The notes under the pieces were generated by a model. That model saw nothing but the letters and a program-made list of their open reading frames with translations, did not search any database and was not told where the DNA came from. A stretch of DNA of 64,000 nt from Octopus vulgaris. Lineage: Eukaryota. Below are positions 1 through 12,585 of the stretch, one piece after another. How positions within the stretch are numbered: the first letter of the stretch is position 1; every line of letters begins with the position of its first letter. A program made the translations under genes and the position numbers. Location: assembly GCA_951406725.2 (NCBI GenBank), contig OX597824.1:83762001-83826000 (forward strand), given 5' to 3'.

Positions 1-182
1 CTTCTTCAGTCTTCTTCTTCTTCAGTCTTCTTCTTCTCCTTCTTCAGTCTTCTTCTTCTTCTTCTTCTTCTTCTTCTTCTTCTTCTTCTTCTCCTTCTCC
101 GTCTTCTCCATCTTCTCCTTTTCCTCCTTGTCCTCCTCCTCCATCGTCGTCTTCTTCTCCTCTTCCTCCTCCTCCTCCTCTC
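1..182. repeat. (CTT)/(CTC) microsatellite
   Basis: Direct inspection. Confidence 0.95.
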
Positions 183-2469
183 TTGCATGGCTTGGACAGC
201 ATTCGTCGAGACAGATTTTTCTAATGGCTGGATGCTCCTCCTGTTGCCCATACTCAACCTGTTTCCAAGCAACTGTAATATTTTCCACATGGCTGAGTCC
301 ATGCGCAAGCAAGATTGGCAATGAAGGATATCAGTTGTATGATGACAACACTCATCAAAACTGTTGCACAATGTCAAAGCAAGAATATTGACAAGCACAC
401 AGATAAATATACACACACACACCCATGCAGTAGGCTACTTTCTGTTTCTGTCTACCAAATCCACTCACAAAGCTTTGATTAGTCTGGGATCGTAGCCATA
501 ATAGGCTCATGTGGAAGTTTCTATTTCTGGTTCAATATTTTTTGGCTAGAATAAGGCAGCAAACTGGTAGAAATGTTAGCAGATTTGGTGAAATGCTTAG
601 CAGTATTTTGTCTGCCGCTACGTTCTGAGTTCAAATTCCGCCGAGGTCGACTTTCCCTTTCATCCTTTTCAGGGTCGATTAAATTAAGTACCAGTTGTGT
701 ACACACTGGGGTCGATATAATTGTCTTAATCCGTTTGTCTGTCCTTGTTTGTCCCTTCTGTGTTTAGCCCCTTGTGTGTAATAAAGAAATAGGTTATTTC
801 GTCTCTTTTAAGTTATGAGTTCAAATTCTGCCAAAGTTGACTTTCCCTTTTATCATTTCAGGGTTGATAAATTAAGTACCAGTTGTGTACTGGGGTTGAT
901 CTAATCAACTGGTCCCCTCCCTAAAAATTTTGGGCCTTGTGCCTAGAGTAGGAAATAATATTTTTGGCTAGAATATTATTGAAATTAAGAGGGTTTGGGT
1001 AAGGTTAAAGAGTGAAGACCCCTTTCCGTCACGAATGACCATGGGATTGCACCTAGAAAGTTACTCCCCGAGGCACAAGTCCGGGCAAGGTTGTTTATGG
1101 CGGACCAGCAGTCATCCATGCATACCAGCCTCCCTTCTCCACACCACTGATGTTATCCAAGAGAAAGGCAAAGGCCAATACAGCTTGGCACTAGTGACAT
1201 TGCAACTCATTTCTACAGATGAGTGAACTGGTGCAACAGAGTTTATGAGTTTTCATGAGTTAATTATTTTTTTTTAAGTGGTGACCAAGGTGTCATGAAG
1301 TGGGATTGAACCCAAAATCATGTTGGAAAATGAACTTTTCAACTACGCAGCCATACCTCAGAAAATAAATAAAAAGTGTGAACATAACAGTTTTTATGTA
1401 GTTTGAAGTGGTCTGAACGGTTCTTTCACAATGTAATTGCTTCAAGGTATAACATTGTACATCTGTTTCGTGTCTCATGTGAAAGAGCAAGATCTAGTAG
1501 ATAGAGTGTCTGGCTTTCTACTCGTGATCATAAGATTGTGGGTTCAATTTCTGGAGTGAGAAAGAAGTAATTTATCACAGCACTTGACTTGTACTTTATT
1601 TATTGACTTGATCCCCAAAGGGATAAAATGTAAAGTTAGCCTTTGTGGGACTTGTGCTCAGAACCTAGATTGTAGGAATAGAAGCTTCAAGTTATTATAG
1701 CCACTGCTAAAAATGATACTGTCAGCTCCATCACCTGAGAGCCATCCTGGAGATAAACAAATCAACAACTGTGTTAATCCATAAAAAAAGGAGAAAAAAA
1801 ATGAAGAGTATTGTATTCTTACAAAAATGAATATTAATTTAGAATTTTATAGTTTGGCCTCAAACAAGGATGAGGTATGAAATTATTGAGAAGATAATCA
1901 ATCAACTAAATTTAAATAATAGTAGTAGTAGTAGTAGTAGTAACAAGAACAACAACCTAAGCATCTGATGTCTTCAAATTTTTGATAGAATCTCTAAGTG
2001 TATTTCTGTGTTTCGTTTTAGAGATTTTTTTTTTTTGAATATTATTTCAGCAACATGTGGGTGTTGCCTTTGTCAAAACAGAAGAAGAATAAGAAAACTG
2101 TTTCTTTTACGTTCCATAGTTTTAGGTTCCAATTTGAATAATAAAAAAAAAAGGGGGAGAAAAAAAACTTAAAATACAAGCAACCCCCACCACTAAAAAA
2201 AAAAAAAAAAAAAACAGAAGCAAAAGTGTGTTTGGTTTAAATGGAGATGTATGTTTTCCCTTTTTTTTTTTTTGTCCTCTGTGGCTAACAATCACTTAAG
2301 TTATTCAGACCAACACGTTGCATCGTGAAATATTCCATTCACATTCTTGTAATAAGAGCTTTATGATTGCAGAAATATTGTTGTTGTGTTGTTATTATTA
2401 ACATCATCATCATCATCATCATCATGATTATTATGATTATTATTATATAGTATCTTTATTTTGTTGTTT

Positions 2470-2647
2470 TTTGGCAGTTTAATTTTGTTCTTATCATCGT
2501 ACACTTCCTACTGCATTACTGAGCACACAGCTTTGTGTGCCGTGGGTATATATACACAATGTTTTGTTTCTGATTTATATTTATTCTTATATTTCCAATG
2601 CTCTATGTTACATGTGTACATGTCCAGTAGCACTATTTTCTGTGTGT

Positions 2648-2681
<34 letters not shown>

Positions 2682-2990
2682 TCCCGTGAGGTTTTTTGGT
2701 TATATATTTATCTTCATGTTTTTAATTGTTCCCAAGGCACCTATTATTACTAAAGCAATTGCTTCTATATTCAACCCCCACATTTTTGTTATCTAAATTT
2801 CCAGATCTTTATGTCTTGGATAATTTCTGTATTTCTCAAAGAGATATATTATCATGTGTTGGAACTGATACTTTGATTAGAAAACATGTCCTTTCTTGAT
2901 GTTAGATTTTTTTTTCCATCTGTGTGGATTGGCATAACCCAGAGTTTGGTTGCTTTGTCATTTTCTGAGATCTTGCTGGTCCTTTTGATC
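2470..2990 (-). mobile_element. Decayed 3' end of an RLE-type (R4/Dong-like) non-LTR retrotransposon
   Basis: Minus-strand frames give ENDKATKLWVMPIHTD, then KDLEI..TKMWGL..IIGALGTIK; same 3' UTR as the 55762 copy. Confidence 0.7.
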
Positions 2991-4169
2991 CTAGGGTTAG
3001 GGTTAGGGTTAGGGATTGAAGATAAATCTGACTTCAGTCCTAATCCAGTGTCAGCTTTGTTTTTCAACCTTTTGGGGTCTATTTAATAAAGTTCCAACCA
3101 AGTATTGGGGTTGATAGCATTGACTAACTTTCTCCCTTGAAATTTACTGAACTTATGTCTAAATTAGAAATGGTTGTTGATGTTGTTATTATTATTCTTA
3201 TTCATGGTGTGCACAAATATGCTCCAATTGAAATCAATGTCCTTCCCACTGAGTCATGACCAGTTTTCTTTGATATTGAGGACATTTCTTACAATCCTTG
3301 CTGTTCCCAATAGAACAATCAACTATCCCTTTCCCCCAAATTTCAAGCTTTGTACATATTGTAGAAAGAATTATTATTGCTGCTGCTGCTGCTGTTGTTG
3401 TTGTTGTTGTAAGGTGGCGAGCTGGCAGAATCATTAGCAAACTGGGTGAAATGCTTAGTGACATTTTGTCTGTGAGTACATTCTGAGTTCAAATTCCACT
3501 AAGGTCAACTTTGCCTTTCATCCTTTCCGAGTCAATAAATTAAGTGCCAACAGAGTAATAGGGTCGATGTAATCGACTAGTCCCCTCCCACAAAATTTCA
3601 GGCCTTGTGCCCGTAGCAGGAAGGATTATTATTATTATTATCATTATGAAGGCCAGGATCTATTTGTTTGACTAAAACCCTCCAAAGTGGTGCTCAAGCA
3701 GGGCCTTGATCCAGTAACTGAAACATGTAAAAAGTGACAAAAGGAACATGGATCTCTTGGGAGAAACAATAATATTCACTGGGGACAAACATAACACATA
3801 AGGCATGAAAGAGTTTAATTGAAACTGAGAGAGAGAGTGGGAGAGAGATAATACAGGAACTGAAAGAGATTAACCGAAAGAAAGAAAGCGATTAAAAGAT
3901 GAATGCATTGACTATCATCATCATCATCATCATCATCATCATTTAGTGTCTGTTTTCCATGCTGGCATGGGTCAAACAGTTTGACTGGAGCTGATCTGCT
4001 GAAAGACTACCTGTGTTCCATGTCTGTTTTGGCATGGTCTCTACAACTGGATGCCCTTCCTAACACCAACCTCTTTACTGAGTGTACTGGGTGCTTTTAC
4101 ATGGTACCAGTACAGTTGCTTTTTACATGCACCGATTGACACCTACAAGCCTGCAAGATTAGAAATGTT

Positions 4170-4783
4170 CAGTTGAAGATGGATGTAGGAAACAATACGC
4201 TCTTAAATATGGTTTCTGTTTACAAATATCTTGGGTCATACATATCATCATCTGAAAAAGATTTTCTAACTAGAAAGGGTATGGCCTGGTCAGCCTGTAA
4301 TGATATGCATAAGATCGGGTCATCAAATCTAAGTAGAGATTTTAAACTTAAAATCTTCAAAGCCACAGTCGAACCAATTCTACTATATGGCTCAGAAACC
4401 TGGACGTTATCAAAGAAGCTTGAGAGGCAGTTGGATGGAACTTACACTCGCCTCCTTTTGAGAGCTCAAAATCTCTTGTGGAAGTGCCATCCAACCAAAG
4501 TACAAATATATGGGAAATTACCACCTGTATCATCTCTTGTGAAAGGTAGAAGAGTCCAGTGTGCTGGACATTGTTGTAGAGCTGAAAACGAGGTAATTTC
4601 TACTCTTCTCCTCTGGAAGTCATCTGTTCGCGATACCAGAGGGCGCACACTCTCCTGCCCTGATGTAATCTCCAGGGATACAGGCATCCAGTAACAGGAC
4701 CTCCAAAATGCTATGATGGACCGTGAAGTCTGGCATAACATAGTAAATTCCATTGTCTCGTCAATGGTTGAACAATGATGATG
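4170..4783 (+). mobile_element. 5'-truncated RTE-type LINE (RT thumb/C-terminus) with (TGA)n tail
   Basis: YKYLGSYI...FKATVEPILLYGSETWTLSKKLERQLDGTYTRLL...AGHC; one premature stop; tgatgatga tail. Confidence 0.85.
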
Positions 4784-5310
4784 AGGAAACGTGCCTGTTT
4801 GTGAGGACAACCATGGTTTTACTTAACTTGACATGTCTTCTCGAACACAGCAAAATGCTAGTAGTGTCAGTTCCTTGTCATTCCTTCTGTAAGGCCCAAT
4901 ATCTGAAGATCCTTTCTTTCTCATCACTTTGTCCCACATCTTCCTGGATTTACCCTTTCCACACTCTCCCTCCACTATGAGACTGTCTGCTTAACAAGTA
5001 ACAGTCATGCTGTATTTATGATAACGGTAATGGCAGATGACCTCAGAGAGGAGAGAAAGACAAAAAGGAAATCACTTTATTTACCTGGAATCAATTTGCT
5101 AATTACCGAAGGAAAAGAAAAATCAACAACGACGACAACAGCAATTAGAATAGCTGCAAGAATGATAATGGCAAAGGTAGCAAGACCAACGGGGAGTGGG
5201 TCTGAGATATTTTGGTGCAGCTGTTTTGGCAACGCCTGTTTGGTATCGTTGATTCCCTGCTGATTCATTTGACATCAAACGTTTTATTGTTGCTCTCCCT
5301 ACCTCCCTCT

Positions 5311-5342
<32 letters not shown>

Positions 5343-6224
5343 ATGTGTCTGAGCATGTTTCTCTCTACGTGTATGGGGTGAAGAAAAGTGTTCATATCAA
5401 TTGTATTCAATTAATAAATTGTAATGTCTCTCTCTCTCTCTCTCTTACTCTCTTTCCTTTTCTCTCCCACTCTTTCTATCTATATCTGCATATTTCTGTG
5501 AGTGCGTGCCTGTGTTTGTGTGTGTGTGTGTTTGTGTGTATTTATGTACGTCTGTGTGTTTGTGTGTGTATGTTTGTGTATCTGCCTTTGCCCCCCACCA
5601 TCGCTTGACAACCGATGTTGGTGTGTTTACATCTCCGTAACTTAGCAGTTCAGCAAGAGAGACCGACAGAATAAGTACTAGGGCTTTCAAAGAATGAGTC
5701 CTTGGGGTTGATTTGTTCAACTAAAGGCAGTGCTCCAGCATGGCCATAGTCAAATGACTGAAACAAATAAAAGAATAAGAAGGTACAATGACAAATGCTA
5801 AAAATCACTCATGTTTTCTATGCATGCGTGCATGTTTGTGCATGTGTGTTTCTATTTCTTGGCCTTGTCATCATGTGATAGTTGTATATATATATATATA
5901 TGTCACCCTTACAAAAGCAGTGTCCTGCCAAAGATTTCCAATCTTTTGTGAAACATGCTTGGCCATGGGAAGAATATTCTTTTCTACTCTAGGCACAAAG
6001 CCCGAAATTTTGGGGGAGGGTGCCACTCAATTAGATTGACCTCAGTACGTAACTGGTACTTATTTATTGACCTCTCGGAGTGGTTGGTGTTAGGAAGGGC
6101 ATCCAGCTGTAGAAACTTTGCCAGATCAGATTGGAGCCTGGTGCAGCCTTCTGGTTCACCAGCCCTCAGTCAAACCGTCCAACCCATGCCTGCATGGAAA
6201 GCGGATGTTAAACAACATCATTAT

Positions 6225-7015
6225 AAAGTTCAGCCTTATCATTGAAAATGTCAACATTAGCAGATAATTTGACAATCTAAATGAGATATTCTTAACTAAG
6301 TTCCTAGTAATTGCGCTAGAATGATTACTGAATTTGCTAATACACTTAAGATTGATCGATGGTTTGTGGTATGGGAAGTATGAATTATTGCGTAAGCTAA
6401 GTGAAATATCTAAAAAGTTGACATTCATTACATCATCATCAAAAATGATGCTAAAGCCCATTCTATGGAAAAACTTAACTAAATTTTTCTTAACTTTTTG
6501 TACTTTTTGGTCGGAAATATTTTGAAGGTAAAGTAAACAATCATCACGATATAGACCTCCATTTATGTTTGGGAACTGTTCTGCCATTTCAAAAAGTATA
6601 TATGTATACAGATTAAATCAGCTACTTGTGCTGAATCAGAACTTCCCATTGTAACATCAAAACCATTTGGTGTGTCTTTACGGACCCACATCTTATTGTT
6701 AAACTTTATGATAGATTTTCCGGCAGCCAACACAACATCAATTTCTTCCCTGGTGAGACCAGCTTTGTCATGAGCAAGTCAGAGTACCTTAGTAAGTACT
6801 ATTGGGTTGATAGATGAATGTCAAACTGGATAAACTTAGTGCTTCTCTTATTAGTAATAGAAGTAAACCAGTCGATGACTTAGAATGAATTGGACCATAA
6901 ACTAAGTTTTAATTTTTTAATTAACGTAGGAACATATTCATCTAGTATATTTTTACTAAGTACACTGATGTCAGAGCTTGAAGGGTAGATAAGTCTTAAG
7001 GATGGGTTATTATAT
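6225..7015 (-). mobile_element. Penelope-like element reverse transcriptase fragment (Naiad-like)
   Basis: VIDWF..KFIQFDI, GFDVTMGSSDSAQVADL, GGLYRDDCL, VNFLDISL..PYHKP..SNH; stops and frameshifts present. Confidence 0.85.
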
Positions 7016-7149
7016 TTATTTATATATTTCGAAAAAGCCCGCCATTTTCATAGATATGTAAAGATAAACATTCGTACATGCTGCGGCAAATTCTACGGTT
7101 GGTTGTCGGGTATGTGATGTTGTGTTTTTTTCTTACATGTCTTGAGTTC

Positions 7150-7213
7150 GTTGCACTGAAGAGCATAAAATGCATATTCTGCATTGATTGCGAAATCACA
7201 GGTGATATGTAAC
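7150..7213 (+). ncRNA. Type I hammerhead ribozyme motif, canonical core
   Basis: Stem I GTTGCA/TGTAAC; CTGAAGA; stem II GCA/TGC extended by AATGCA/TGCATT; GAAA; stem III ATCAC-AG-GTGAT; AUA cleavage triplet (cut after 7207); adjacent to a PLE RT fragment. Confidence 0.85.
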
Positions 7214-7676
7214 TAAATTCTGTTTTTAAATGACTCGCTTTGAAGTTTTGCATTCGGTACAATTTGTTTATTTTAGTAGTTTTGACTGTAAAAGTCCCTC
7301 CTAGCATGCAGTACCTATGAACAATAGTACCCTCTATATAATATAAATATATATATACATGTATATACATACATATGCATAAATACACACTCATATTTCT
7401 TGTCATGCACACTTTCTTCTTATGCGTTATCCTTCATGCATTTATACATAAACACTTCACACACTCACACTCGTATATATATACACACACCCTTTATATA
7501 CATACATACATTTTATAATGCATATACTTTTTATCACCGAAATACACTTCATCATACATATATACACTTTGTAGATACACACCTCATATACACTCACTTC
7601 ACAGATATTTACACGCATTGATATACACGCACACATAGACAGTGATACATACACACACATAGACATTCAATATACA

Positions 7677-7849
7677 GCACTCCGTCGGTTACGACGACGA
7701 GGGTTCCGATTGATCCGAATCAACGGAACAGCCTGCAGCTTTAGGTGTTTTCGCTCAATAAACACTCACAACGCCCGGTCTGGGAATCGAAACCGCGATC
7801 CTATGACCGCGAGTCCGCTGCCCTAACCACTGGGCCATTGTGCCTCCAC
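7677..7849 (-). mobile_element. tRNA-headed SINE (family A), internally deleted
   Basis: A/B-box head; TSD ACATTCAATATACA at 7663-7676 and 7850-7863. Confidence 0.8.
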
Positions 7850-8566
7850 ACATTCAATATACACATTAACACACATACACCTGTATACATATATACATAA
7901 ACACACATTCCAACTCACACTTTACACTACTCATACACCAACTTCCTTACTCACATACCCTTGTAACACAAATTCACACACATGTATACCACACACACAC
8001 ACATACTCACACTAACGCCTCTATTTATTTACTCACACACATACACAAACTGACTTCTCTCCCCCATCTCTCGCTACACACACACACATGCCTCACTCCA
8101 TAGTTCGTTATACTCAATCTTCGTTAAAAAACAGTGAACCGGAATATTTCCCGTTGACTTTCTTTGTAGTAATCAATATATTTCCAATTAACAAAAACAA
8201 AAAAAGTTAATTAGATTGTTATAGACAGTTATCGTTATCATAATTACATGAAACAGTTATTCACCATTTCCTCTGATTAGTTTCCTACAGTTATATTAGT
8301 GTCTTTTTAACAAACTGATTAGTCTTTAATTAAACTATTTAATTTTTCTCTTCTATTGTCTAAAAACAGTGTTTCTGTAAAACAAAAAAAAAATGTGAAG
8401 ATAAGTTCTTCCATAGCCCCAAGGGAACTTTTAAGGGATCTTACTGTGCTGAGACATGGTTTCTGATAATTGCTATTTGGCCCCTAGTTAGCCCTGTAGC
8501 ATGCAGACCTAAGATCAAAAATATTCCAGTTATGATCTTCCTGTCATTTATCTTAGGCATTATGTA

Positions 8567-9176
8567 TCTTCTTCTTTCTTGTCTTGAGACAGCATTCACC
8601 CGGGGTGGGTTGAGCTGGCTTCATTCATCCTCAATGCTGCATCTCTCACAAACGCCGACCAGGCCTGGCAATTTAAGGCTAACGACCGTGTGATCTCGAA
8701 CCAAACCCTATTCCAGCGGCGAATGCTGTAGACATGGTTGGGTTCTAGATCAGCCTTGACTGTCATCAGCCAGGTTTTTCGTTGTTCACCACATCGCTTT
8801 TGCCTACCCTGAAGGGGAGCTGGGGAAATTGCTTCGTAGATGAATTCTCCTAGTTGACGACGGAGGGCATGACCCAGCCAATGCGGACATCTCGTTAGGA
8901 TGACTTGTCAGAGGGAGGTGATTTTGCACTGGTGTCGCACCGAATTGTTGGAGACAAAGTGATGCCATCGGACACGAAGGATGTGGCATAGACAGAGCTG
9001 ATCGAAGGATTGTAGTCACTTAATATCTTCCACCCTCATCAGCCATGACTCGCATTAAGGGGGTTCCCCGGTGTCACTGTTGGTCACAACTTTTCCATCA
9101 AGGATCTAGACTTCGCAGATGACATTGCGATACTTGGCGAAACATTTGCTGACGTCCAGTTTGCTATCAATGAGCT
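8567..9176 (-). mobile_element. RTE-clade LINE with inverted 5' segment
   Basis: 8567-9020 minus: LCHILRVRWHHFVSN..WLGHALR..KTW; 9020-9176 plus: DLDFADDIAILG; TSD CATTATGTA. Confidence 0.8.
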
Positions 9177-10146
9177 CATTATGTAGAACTACAATATCTA
9201 ATGTGTCCCAGCCACAGGCCATCGCAATTCCTGCAGACCTATGATCAAAAATATTCCAGTTGTGACCATTCTGTCTTAAAATTTCAGGCATTATGTATCC
9301 AGAAGTACATTTTGAAATGTATCTTTCCTTCTTGTTGTTATAACGCCCCAGGCTAGCCCTGATGTTGCAGCCCTAAGATCAAAAAATAATTCCTGCTGTG
9401 ATCATTCTGTCTTTTATCTCAGGCATTGTGTACCTAGAAGTACACTATCTAATGTGTCCTTCTCTGCTGCTGCTGTTGTTGTTGTTTAGCCTTGGGCCAG
9501 TTCTGATCCAGCACAGAGCAATCATTGTTTTTATGGGGTTTTCCATGAGTAGCCCTTGGAGGTCTCCTTTTTAGGAGATTTTCCTTGAATTTCTTTTTTT
9601 GTTATTTTGTTATTGTCAACTCTGATGGTTAAGAAGGAAAACATCAAAATTTTTTATCAGCAAGATGGCAAGTTCGCAAAATTGTTAGTATGTCAGGCAA
9701 AATGTTCTGTGGAATTTCTTCTGTTTCTTTACATTCTGTGTTCAAATTCCACCAGTGTCAACCCTGCCTTTCATCCTTTTGGGAACCAATAAAATAAAGT
9801 ACCAGTCAGGTACTGGGAGTGATGTAAACGACTAGCCCTCTCCCCAAAACTGTGCCTGTAAAAGAAAGAATTATTATTATCATGTCTATCCTTAAGGCAG
9901 CAAGCTGGCAGAATCATTAGCATGCTGGGCAAAATGCTTAGGGGAGTTCAAATTCTAGTGAGGTCTACTTTGCCTTTCATCCTTTTGGGGGTCGATAAAT
10001 TAAGTAACAGTGAAACACTGGGGTCGATGTAATTGACCAGTACCCTCCCCTTGAATTTCAGGCCTTGTGCCTTTAAAAGAAAAGATTATTATGCTTATCT
10101 TGCTTATCATGTTTTTTTTTTTTGTTTTTTTTTTCCCCAAATGTAG

Positions 10147-10376
10147 CTTCTTCGATCAATTATTGATGTAAACATGCCAAAATTCCTGTCACATGACATC
10201 CCTCTGTTCAATGGGATCATCACAGACTTGTTTCCCGAACTGCTAATGCCCGAAGCTGACTATGTTGTTTTCTTGGAATCCATGAAGTCCGTGGCTGAGA
10301 AGAAAAATCTACAATTTGTTGATTTTTTCAAAGAGAAAATAATCCAAACTTACGAAATGATGATTGTCCGTCATGG
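10147..10376 (+). CDS. DNAH12: Axonemal dynein heavy chain (DNAH12-like), window exon 1 of 14 (internal; gene starts upstream of window)
   Basis: tgtag|CTT acceptor after T tract; LLRSIIDVNMPKFLSHDIPLFNGIITDLFP...EKIIQTYEMMIVRHG; GG|gtaagt donor, phase 2. Motifs typical of the dynein AAA1 lid and AAA2 start. Paralog assignment from recalled similarity to human DNAH12 (DNAH3/DNAH7 are the alternatives). Confidence 0.93.
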
Positions 10377-10925
10377 GTAAGTGGGCATTATTGTGTACTG
10401 TCTTTTTATGTCAAGATTATGTGGACACTGTGTCATTATGTCTTCTTGTATTATAGGTAGGTGGACAGTGTATTGAACTGACTATTTATGTCTTAGGCAG
10501 GTGGACATTGTGTGATTATGTCTCCTTATATCTTAGATAGGTAGACAGTGTGTTATACTGCTTGTGTTGTGAATGGTAGACAGGCATTGCAAGGGTGTTA
10601 CTGACCTTATAAATGGATTATCTGGTTGATTAATGTTGACTAGTGAACCAGATGGTGGATTAAATGATAGAATTAGCTGTTGAACTTGTTAATGGATAAA
10701 AAGATGAAACAACGAACTTCTTAATAACTTTCAAAGAGTAAATTTTCTTCTTTGTAGTTACAGGCTAGCCCATACTTACACACACACACACATGTACACA
10801 TGTGTGCATGCACACATACGTGCTTACGTGCAAATACATATACATGCACAAATACTACACTGACATACTCACATAAGGATGTATTCACAAACATACATGC
10901 ACGCACTCACATATGCTTACCTATA

Positions 10926-11312
10926 GAAGAAGAAGGCACTCTGTCGGTTACGACGACGAGGGTTCCAGTTGATCCGTTCAACAGAACAGCCTGCTCATGA
11001 AATTAACGTGCAAGTGGCTGAGCACTCCACAGACACGTGTACCCTTAACGTAGTTCTCGGGGGGGGAGATTCAGCATGGCACAGTGTGTGACAAGGATGG
11101 CCCTTTGAAATACAGGTACAACAAAAACATAGAATGAGAGAAAGTTGTGGTGAAAGAATACAGCAGGGTTCACCACCACCCCCTGCCGGAGCCTCGTGGA
11201 GCTTTAAGTATTTTTGCTCAATAAACACTCACAACGCCCGGTCTGAGAATTGAAACCGTGATCCTATGACCGCGAGTCCGCTGCCCTAACCACTGGGCCA
11301 TTGCACCTCCAC
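10926..11312 (-). mobile_element. tRNA-headed SINE (family A), near full length
   Basis: Reverse complement of 51458-51850; TSD TGCTTACCTATA at 10914-10925 and 11313-11324. Confidence 0.85.
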
Positions 11313-11477
11313 TGCTTACCTATACATACATGCATAAATACTAACACATTCGTATGTAGACATATTAACAAACACATGCTCATTCTTTTTCTTACAAACA
11401 CACACATACTAACAAATACTATGTCTCTTAAGCAAGTTTCTCTGTTTACATTTATCCTTTGTACTGTGTCTTTGAAG

Positions 11478-11661
11478 TTTCATGATTGTGGGTTTACCAT
11501 TTGGCGGAAAGACAAAGGTACTGGAAGTCCTGTCAGAAGGAATGACTAAACTTAACGAGCAAGGGTGTGAAGACTACGAGAAGGTAATCTACAGGATTAT
11601 CAACCCTAAATCGATCACCATGGGTCAGTTGTTTGGTCAGTTTGACCCCGTTTCACATGAG
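11478..11661 (+). CDS. DNAH12: Dynein heavy chain exon 2 (AAA2 Walker A)
   Basis: aag|T TTC ATG completes Gly; [18 protein letters not shown]...[20 protein letters not shown]; GAG|gtgagt, phase 0. Confidence 0.95.
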
Positions 11662-12585
11662 GTGAGTATTGTGTCCTTCAGCTATGCTCCAACTTTAACC
11701 CTTTTGACCTTTTGATATCAACGCATCTGAAACCACACCTGGTTCTGTGATACAAACTCGCAGTTTTAAAATGATTTTGATTAAAACCTTCTACAAAAAT
11801 TTCATGTTAATTTATGTTCCGAACATCAGCTAATTAATGAAAAAGTCATATCACTAAATTCATAGGTATTTTCAAAATTAATTAAAACAAAAGACTGTGT
11901 ATTTCAATAGAAATCATCATCGTCATTGTCATCATCATCATCATTTAATGTCTGTTTTCTGTGCTGAGAGGAATTGGAATATAGTAACAGCATCATCATC
12001 ATTTAACATCCATTTTCCATGCTGGCATGGGTTGGAGAATTTGACAGGAGATGGCAAGCTGGAGGGCTGCATCAGCTCCAGTCATCTGTTTTACCATGGT
12101 TTCTATGGCTGGATGCCCTTGCTAAAACCAACCACTTTACAGTGTGTAAAATAAATGTTTCCTTTTAAAGCCTAGCCAGGCTCATGGCCCCGGTTTCCCA
12201 GTTTCAATGGCGTATGTATTCCCCAGCCAGATGGGACACCAGTCTGTCGCAGCGTTATTCATTTTTGCCATCTGAGTGGACTAGAGCAACGTGAAATGAA
12301 GTGTTTTGCTCAAGAACACAACACGCCGCCCGGTCCAGGAATCGAAACCACAATGTTACGATCATGATACTGACACCCTAACCACTAAGCCACACGCCTC
12401 CACTTACAGTGTGTACAGGGTGCTTTTATATGGAATCAGCACAGTTGTTGCTCTTCTATGTGGAACTGGTATGGATGCTCCTTAAAAGGGTTGAAGTGAT
12501 CAGAATTAAAACCATTCATCAAAATTTTATGTTAATTTATGTTACAAACACCAGCTTAACAATGATAAAGTTATATTATTAAATA

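Noticed and set aside
1-10146. Additional upstream dynein exon
   Set aside because: No segment encoding the expected preceding AAA1 sequence (HYDYGMRAVK-type) was found; it presumably lies upstream of the window.
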